From an uncultured Ferrovum sp. (GTDB taxonomy: Bacteria; Pseudomonadota; Gammaproteobacteria; Burkholderiales; Ferrovaceae), in NCBI GenBank assembly GCA_903905585.1, contig CAIVHB010000051.1, positions 8,856-72,855 of the forward strand: a stretch of 64,000 nt of DNA. The letters are read 5' to 3'. Of this stretch, positions 38,641 to 44,239 are shown piece after piece. A program made the translations under genes and the position numbers. The number at the start of each line of letters is the position of its first letter. Position 1 is the first letter of the stretch. The notes beneath the pieces are model-generated. The model had not been told where the DNA came from and did not search any database. It saw only the letters and a list, made by a program, of their open reading frames with translations.

Positions 38641-39129
38641 ATGCCCATTTCAGGAATCTCTAGCAGCCCCTCGGTTGGTATTGATCAAATTTTGGCTCAG
38701 ATCCGTCATGTCAAGGCTAGAACGCAATCTCCTACCCTGGGCGCTGAAGCCAATGGTGCTGGCCCTGCGGGTGCGGGGCCAGCGAGCATCGTGAACTTGG
38801 GTTCTGGGTCAGTTGGGCAACCCAGTCAGGCACTGAATGCGCTCAGAAACAACGCACTTAATGTGTCTGGCGTTCAAGGGGTGGGAGATGCTGCGCCCGC
38901 AGCCCCGGGTAGTTTTATGAGTTCGCTGAAAGCCTCGCTAGATCAAGTTAATAACAGTCAGAACAAAGCTTCAGAGTTAGGTCAATCGTTTGAAAAGGGC
39001 GATCCTAACGTGGATTTAAATGATGTGATGGTAGCGGTTCAGAAAGCCAATGTGAGTTTTCAAACTGCTGTGCAAGTAAGAAACCGAATGGTTTCTGCCT
39101 ACCACGACATCATGAATATGCAGATTTAA
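38641..39129 (+). CDS. fliE: Flagellar hook-basal body protein FliE (N-terminally extended)
   Basis: The FliE C-terminus is present (SFMSSLKASLDQVNNSQNKA...DLNDVMVAVQKANVSFQTAVQVRNRMVSAYHDIMNMQI). ATG 38641 is preferred; GTG 38632 is possible. Confidence 0.9.
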   Translation: MPISGISSSPSVGIDQILAQIRHVKARTQSPTLGAEANGAGPAGAGPASIVNLGSGSVGQPSQALNALRNNALNVSGVQGVGDAAPAAPGSFMSSLKASLDQVNNSQNKASELGQSFEKGDPNVDLNDVMVAVQKANVSFQTAVQVRNRMVSAYHDIMNMQI

Positions 39130-39136
39130 TGATTGT

Positions 39137-39559
39137 TTAGGTAAAACGCGAACGACTTTGCGCTTTCTTTCTTTCTTGGGCCTGAATGGTGCGTCTGACA
39201 AAGCGCTCGTCTTCTGCATTTAAGTCCTCTACAGAACACCCATAACGCCAAATGGTGTTGCCATCTGTTTGCAGCTCTTCTTTAACGTGCCGAAGTATGA
39301 GGGTGAGTGCCGCTCGATCAATGGCATTAAATTCTAGGTAGCAATTTGGAATGGGTTCTCCGACCGGAAGCGCCGTAATTTTTTCGGTGCTTTCAAAGCT
39401 AAGCCCCCCTTCGCTTAAATCCATCACTCTAAAAAAACAGTTTTCTCCCAGAACAGATTCCGGAAATTCGACGATGGGAACATTTCCTAAACCCAGCGCA
39501 ATACGATATGTTTCGCGTTTTTGCGCGATGCTTTCTGCGGGAGACGAGATATCTTTCAA
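39137..39559 (-). CDS. Stand-alone PilZ-domain protein (predicted c-di-GMP receptor)
   Basis: Both PilZ signature motifs are present: RxxxR (KRETYR) near the N-terminus and D-x-S-x-x-G (MDLSEGG). The TTG start has a strong GGAGG 5-6 nt upstream and overlaps the upstream stop (TTGA). Confidence 0.75.
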   Translation of the reverse strand: MKDISSPAESIAQKRETYRIALGLGNVPIVEFPESVLGENCFFRVMDLSEGGLSFESTEKITALPVGEPIPNCYLEFNAIDRAALTLILRHVKEELQTDGNTIWRYGCSVEDLNAEDERFVRRTIQAQERKKAQSRSRFT

Positions 39560-39930
39560 GTGACCTCCGGTTTGGGAAGGGAAAGGGTGGGGGGGGTGTC
39601 TTTGGCAGCCTGTCCCGAATCAAGATAATGCAACCAAGCAAGTAGTTCAGCTACGGCACGATATAACGAGGTGGGAATGTGCTTGTCAAGATCTACTTGA
39701 ATAAGCAGGGCCACGAGTTCTCTCGATTCATGCACATAAACGCCATGCGCTTTGGCGCGCTCAATAATGGCATCAGCAAGCATTCCTCTGCCCTTGGCGA
39801 CGACTCTAGGAGGCCCGCGTTCGGCGTCGTATGCCAGCGCTACAGCCTGCTGTCGCGCGCGCAGCCCCGCCTCGTCAAGATCAAAGTGCTCTTCAGACAA
39901 CTTTACTCTCGATGTCTTTAGGTTGAACAC
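39556..39930 (-). CDS. FlhB C-terminal-domain-like soluble protein (FlhX/YlqH-like)
   Basis: It aligns with this window's FlhB from just after the NPTH site (AVALAYDAERGPPRVVAKGRGMLADAII..A...........IPTSLYRAVAELLAWL versus AVALKYDSTMRAPKVVAKGGDLIALNIR...IPPALYSAVAEVLAYI). It has no TM region and no NPTH site. The start is uncertain (GTG 39930 or TTG 39900). Confidence 0.75.
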   Translation of the reverse strand: MFNLKTSRVKLSEEHFDLDEAGLRARQQAVALAYDAERGPPRVVAKGRGMLADAIIERAKAHGVYVHESRELVALLIQVDLDKHIPTSLYRAVAELLAWLHYLDSGQAAKDTPPTLSLPKPEVT

Positions 39931-40783
39931 TTAATTGTTCGGTGCGAATTCCTGCATCTTGCAGCCGTGTACCCAAAACAGGAAGGGCAAGTTTCATCTT
40001 TGAAACTTGCAAAGCATCGGTGATGAGACTGATTTGACAGCCTTGGGGGCCCAATCTTAATTCTGCTAAGACTTCTCCCAAATGGGGTAGCGAAAGTTTG
40101 AGGGTACTTTTCCAGTGGATGGGTGACGAGCCCGCACCATGTTCCTGGTCGCCATGCGGATATACATCATCCGGCTGAACTGACCATTGTAGGTCTTGCC
40201 CCGGCCAAATTTGGCCTTGCCAAGGAATCACTTGAGAGTCTAAGGATTGCAACTGTTGCTGCAAAACTCCCAGTGATTGAGGGTGAATGGTGCGGGTGAG
40301 GCTGGCGGTTAGCGTGTGAGCGTTTTGCAGAAGATCATGTGTTGGCCCTGAAGGAAGCACGTCTGGCCGAGGTTTTGTGGGGCGGTCAAGTTGCGCTTGC
40401 GGTTCTTGTAAAATCTGAGTTTGTGAGCGTAAGCCTGATACCCAGTCAGCCAGATGGGATTCATAAAATATCCCAGAATTTGAGAGTGCATGAGACAAAA
40501 CGTGTGCGAGATCGGCTGTGCTCTGATCTCCTGATACTGCAGGGCTGCCAAGCAGTGCTTGGGTTTTAACTGTTTCCTCATTTTGAGGAAGCGTGATGCC
40601 CAAAATAGATTCGATGAGTTGTCCTGTTCTGGAAAGTTCTAAGCCAGACAGTTCATTTGCTACCGCTTGAGATAATTCGACACCAGATGGCACGTTTTGT
40701 GGGGCAACGCTCAAGGCAGAATCTATTGCATGGCCAGAAACAACCGGGCCTACGGCAGAAACTCCCGAGAGCGCATCAACCAT
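39893..40783 (-). CDS. FliK C-terminal (Flg_hook/T3S4)-like protein, second copy
   Basis: The C-terminal ~65 aa (STLKLSLPHLGEVLAELRL...LALPVLGTRLQDAGIRTEQLSVQP) parallels the true FliK in this window (AQLNLNPEHLGPIQITLDL...ASLPQLRDMFTQAGLELGQTQVQP). The ATG lies 1 nt after the fliT stop. Confidence 0.65.
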   Translation of the reverse strand: MVDALSGVSAVGPVVSGHAIDSALSVAPQNVPSGVELSQAVANELSGLELSRTGQLIESILGITLPQNEETVKTQALLGSPAVSGDQSTADLAHVLSHALSNSGIFYESHLADWVSGLRSQTQILQEPQAQLDRPTKPRPDVLPSGPTHDLLQNAHTLTASLTRTIHPQSLGVLQQQLQSLDSQVIPWQGQIWPGQDLQWSVQPDDVYPHGDQEHGAGSSPIHWKSTLKLSLPHLGEVLAELRLGPQGCQISLITDALQVSKMKLALPVLGTRLQDAGIRTEQLSVQPKDIESKVV

Positions 40784-40784
40784 T

Positions 40785-41117
40785 TTAGTGCATACCTGAA
40801 CCGTAAGCCTTATTGAGTTTTTGTTGCGAACCCGTTGAATGGATCAGTTCTTGTAATTCATCCATCCAAGGTTGCGTTTCACGACGAATGGCGGTGTCGT
40901 CGGCTAAAATTTTGCGCAGTAAATCGAGTTTTTCAAGTTTCAAGGCAGGGTCTAGTTCAACCTCAGCCTCTGATTCCATCAGAGCATGTGTGAGGGGGCG
41001 GCACTGGTTTTCAAGATCTTGCAGGTGCTGCCAGTCTCGTCGCTTAGCCGCATTCACCATAGCGCCCATGATTTGAGAAATACCGTTGTAAATACTGATC
41101 ACTTCTACTGGGGTCAT
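40785..41117 (-). CDS. fliT: Flagellar chaperone FliT (FliD chaperone)
   Basis: It lies immediately downstream of fliS. The C-terminus (ILADDTAIRRETQPWMDELQELI...QQKLNKAYG) resembles enteric FliT ([23 protein letters not shown]...QKSVLSAYG, recalled from memory). ATG 41117 avoids overlap with fliS; the tracked ORF extends to 41198. Confidence 0.7.
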   Translation of the reverse strand: MTPVEVISIYNGISQIMGAMVNAAKRRDWQHLQDLENQCRPLTHALMESEAEVELDPALKLEKLDLLRKILADDTAIRRETQPWMDELQELIHSTGSQQKLNKAYGSGMH

Positions 41118-41125
41118 ATGAGCGC

Positions 41126-41566
41126 TCACACCGTAGCCGATTTCATCGATTGCAATCCTACAGGCTTTTGCCTGCGTTTGGGTGTGATTGCACTCCATGC
41201 CGATTCTAGTTCACCCAGTAATCCATCCACTTCAACTAGTTTTGAGCGATCGTTATGAATGTTGGCCTGAGAAAGACAAAATTGCATATATTCATATAGT
41301 GAAGAGAGACGATCTGCCATCTGGGGATCGGCTTTCCAACTTAAACTTTGATTAAGACCTTCAGAAATAATAGAGATTGCACGGCCAATATTTAAGCCTT
41401 TAGCTGCAATGTCCCCTTGTTCCAGCGCAAACATAGCTCTGCCCACCGCAAAGCGCGCTCCTTCAAACAACATGGCCACTAATTGATGGGGGTCTGCATT
41501 CATGACACCCGTTTCAACTCCAGTCTCTTCATACGCTCGTGCGCCACGTAAATGTGATCCAAACAT
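41126..41566 (-). CDS. fliS: Flagellin chaperone FliS
   Basis: The FliS core is present (YEETGVETGVMNADPHQLVAMLFEGA......A....I.AKG..I.RAISII.EGL..SL). ATG 41566 has GGGAG 9 nt upstream; the tracked ORF extends to 41662. Confidence 0.9.
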   Translation of the reverse strand: MFGSHLRGARAYEETGVETGVMNADPHQLVAMLFEGARFAVGRAMFALEQGDIAAKGLNIGRAISIISEGLNQSLSWKADPQMADRLSSLYEYMQFCLSQANIHNDRSKLVEVDGLLGELESAWSAITPKRRQKPVGLQSMKSATV

Positions 41567-41698
41567 CTTATCTGCTCCCGATCTGCTGGAAGGGTGTATG
41601 CGCTTCAGGGTTGCTCTCATTGCGGCCTTATATAAAAGAATACAATCTTTCGAGCCGTCCACTCAAACTACCCCGGCGCATTTGCCCAGGTAATTCAG

Positions 41699-41726
41699 CT
41701 TACGGCTACCCGCCCAATAAACTTGA
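41699..41726 (-). promoter_or_regulatory. Sigma-28-type promoter for the fliS-fliT-(fliK-like)-(flhB-C-like)-pilZ operon
   Basis: The minus strand reads TCAAGTTT-N12-GCCGTAAG. The -10 element ends ~133 nt upstream of the fliS ATG. Confidence 0.5.
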
Positions 41727-41853
41727 GGCTCTGCGCTATTCTGCCTAAGTTGCGCTTCATCTCTTATTAGAAGAAAGGCCATAAAATCCCATTACTTTTT
41801 TGGTTCTGGATGGATGATCCCCTGGAATTCTTTTGCTATTGAGCTCGAGTCTC

Positions 41854-41880
41854 TTAAGTTTTTTTAAGGCATGCCGTAAG
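41854..41880 (+). promoter_or_regulatory. Sigma-28-type promoter, fliC P1 (distal)
   Basis: TTAAGTTT-N11-GCCGTAAG, ~204 nt upstream of the fliC ATG. Confidence 0.5.
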
Positions 41881-41927
41881 TCAGCCATGCCAGACATTGG
41901 ATCTGACAGGAAAAAAATTTGAAGCGT

Positions 41928-41954
41928 TAAAGTTTTTTTTCTGTCATCCGTTAA
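41928..41954 (+). promoter_or_regulatory. Sigma-28-type promoter, fliC P2 (proximal)
   Basis: TAAAGTTT-N11-TCCGTTAA is the best match in the window to TAAAGTTT-N11-GCCGATAA. It lies ~130 nt upstream of the fliC ATG. Confidence 0.65.
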
Positions 41955-42015
41955 GGCTTACATCGGCGCTCATTGATTGCCGAGTTTGATAAGCGGCGAA
42001 ACCGGGCCACAGCAG

Positions 42016-42047
42016 GTGGACCACGCCGGAATCCCTCCGGGGTCCAC
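42016..42047 (+). promoter_or_regulatory. GC-rich stem-loop in the fliC 5' leader
   Basis: GTGGACC-acg-CCGGA-atccc-TCCGG-GGTCCAC forms 12 bp with one 3-nt bulge. It lies downstream of both predicted promoters and 36 nt before the ATG. Confidence 0.6.
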
Positions 42048-42083
42048 GAGCACTTTAATTGAGCTTTTTAGGAGACTGACAAC

Positions 42084-43691
42084 ATGGCTTCTTATATCAA
42101 CACCAACTATGCTTCGCTGCAGGCCCAGTATAATCTGACCCAGTCGCAATCGGGGCTGACCACTTCTATTCAGCGTTTATCCTCTGGTCAGCGTATTAAT
42201 ACGGCTGCGGATGATGCTGCTGGCTTAGCGATTTCTGATCGTATGACCGCACAAGTCAACGGTCTAGATCAAGCCGGCCGCAATGCAAACGATGGTATCT
42301 CATTGGTACAAACTGCTGATGGGGCTTTATCTTCTATCGCAGCTGACTTACAGCGTATGCGCCAATTGGCAGTGCAATCCGCTACAGGTACGCTGTCATC
42401 TGCAGACCGTCAGTCAGTGAACCAAGAGTCACAAAACCTCTTGGCGGAAATTAATCGTGTTTCAAGCACAACTAACTTTAACGGCGTGAGTCTCTTGGAT
42501 GGTACCTTTACGAACAAGAACTTCCAGGTTGGTGCTTCAGCCGGTCAGACTGTTGGTATGACTTTGAATGCGGCCAATACTAGCGACTTGGGCGCTTACC
42601 AGTTATCCGGTACAAGTAACTATTCATCAGGCTCGCAAGGTGCATCTACTGTCAGTATCACCAGTTCCTACAGCTCTTCTAGTTACCTCACTATTACCTC
42701 AGATAATACAGCGACGACGGGTGTTCAGATTGGTGCTTCAGTTGCTACCAACCCAACCACCAATTCGTACCTGGGCTTGAGCGCAACCAGTGCTTACGCT
42801 AAGGCTGCAGCAATTAATGCGCAGTCTTCTCTGACTGGAGTGAGTGCAAGTGCAGTGACCTACCTTGGTGGCCTTAACATCACTTCCACGTCCTCTATCC
42901 TCTCTACTGCCCCTACAGCTTTAAGCAATATGGCTGCAGGTGATTTGTACATCAATGGAGTGTCGGTAGGTTCTGCTATCGCAGGTACGGATTATGTCAG
43001 TGAGGGTACTAACGTCACTTCAGCCATTAATGCGATCTCTGCTAGTACGGGCGTCACCGCAACTGTGGATACCAGTTCTGGTGCAATTACGCTTGCGGCT
43101 GCTGATGGCAGGGATATTAATGTGAGCTCCACCGCGAATGGTTTGGTTGCAAGTGGATTAGGCTTTGGAACAAGAACAAGTTCTTCTACCGCTCCTGCTG
43201 CATCTGATACCTTAACAGCAGGGGGGATTTTGACCTTGTCTTCAGCGGTGAATTTTGCGGTCACCTCTACGGGCACCGCCTTGGCTGACTCAGGTTTGAC
43301 AGCCGACACGACGGCACCCGCGGCGAATACCATAGCGACTACATCGGGAACCACTGCGCTAGCTGAGACGTTTACAGGGATCACAAACGTTGACCTGACT
43401 ACACAAGACTTAGCAACGACCGCTTTGACCACTCTGGATGCAGCGATTCAGCAAGTTGACACACAGCGCGGTAACTTGGGTGCGATTCAAAACCGTTTTC
43501 AATTAACCGTGAATGACCTTGATACAAATTCGATTAACCTTCAAACGTCCCGTAGCCGAATTCGTGATACTGATTTTGCGGCAACGACTGCAAGCTTATC
43601 GCAATCACAGATCTTGCAACAGGCTGGAACTGCCATGTTGACGCAAGCAAACACCTTGCCCAACTCGGTATTGGCTCTGTTGAAAGGTTAA
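42084..43691 (+). CDS. fliC: Flagellin FliC (535 aa)
   Basis: Conserved D0/D1 termini (MASYINTNYASLQAQYNL...RLSSGQRINTAADDAAGLAISDRM and GAIQNRFQLTVNDL...SRIRDTDFAATTASLSQSQILQQAGTAML). The variable domain is Ser/Thr/Ala-rich. Confidence 0.97.
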   Translation: MASYINTNYASLQAQYNLTQSQSGLTTSIQRLSSGQRINTAADDAAGLAISDRMTAQVNGLDQAGRNANDGISLVQTADGALSSIAADLQRMRQLAVQSATGTLSSADRQSVNQESQNLLAEINRVSSTTNFNGVSLLDGTFTNKNFQVGASAGQTVGMTLNAANTSDLGAYQLSGTSNYSSGSQGASTVSITSSYSSSSYLTITSDNTATTGVQIGASVATNPTTNSYLGLSATSAYAKAAAINAQSSLTGVSASAVTYLGGLNITSTSSILSTAPTALSNMAAGDLYINGVSVGSAIAGTDYVSEGTNVTSAINAISASTGVTATVDTSSGAITLAAADGRDINVSSTANGLVASGLGFGTRTSSSTAPAASDTLTAGGILTLSSAVNFAVTSTGTALADSGLTADTTAPAANTIATTSGTTALAETFTGITNVDLTTQDLATTALTTLDAAIQQVDTQRGNLGAIQNRFQLTVNDLDTNSINLQTSRSRIRDTDFAATTASLSQSQILQQAGTAMLTQANTLPNSVLALLKG

Positions 43692-43692
43692 T

Positions 43693-43738
43693 CTGGGGAC
43701 GATGTTTAATTAAGCAAATCATCCCCAGGAGAATTTTT
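43693..43738 (+). terminator. Probable Rho-independent terminator or attenuator after fliC
   Basis: CTGGGGAcGAT...ATCaTCCCCAG forms a hairpin starting 2 nt after the stop. A TTTTT run lies 5 nt downstream of the stem. Confidence 0.55.
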
Positions 43739-43795
43739 CTCTTGGGGTGTTCTGGCTAAAGAGCCAGATAGATAAAGGGTTGGAGGAAATCCGAC

Positions 43796-44233
43796 ATGGA
43801 GATTAATACAGTTAATACAGCAATGCCAATGGTAAGAGAAATGACCACTGGTGCGTCAGATGCTGGCCATGGGAGAGCGCAAGTCGCTCTTGACCCCGCC
43901 TTTGCACCGACTCGGGTTGCGTCTTCACCACAGGCGACGACTGGATCACTTGCAACGAATGGAACGGGTGCGGATGTTCCTTCTGCCGAACAGAAAGGCA
44001 ACACGGCCAGACAGGCAGCATTGAAAGAGGCAATGGATGCAGCGACGCAATCTATTCAGCAGTTATCCCCGTCTTTAGAGTTTCAAGTTGACCCAGAGAC
44101 AAAACAAACAGTTGTGCGCGTGGTGGATACCACGAATAATGAGGTGATCAAGCAAATTCCTAGCGCTGAGTTTTTAAGAATTTCTAACGCAATCGAGGGT
44201 TTGCAAAAACATCTGCTCGACGAAAAGGCCTAA
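43796..44233 (+). CDS. flaG: FlaG family flagellar protein
   Basis: The FlaG C-terminal motif is present (LEFQVDPETKQTVVRVVDTTNNEVIKQIPSAEFLRIS). The gene sits between fliC and fliD and has a GGAGG Shine-Dalgarno sequence. Confidence 0.88.
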   Translation: MEINTVNTAMPMVREMTTGASDAGHGRAQVALDPAFAPTRVASSPQATTGSLATNGTGADVPSAEQKGNTARQAALKEAMDAATQSIQQLSPSLEFQVDPETKQTVVRVVDTTNNEVIKQIPSAEFLRISNAIEGLQKHLLDEKA

Positions 44234-44239
44234 AACGTT

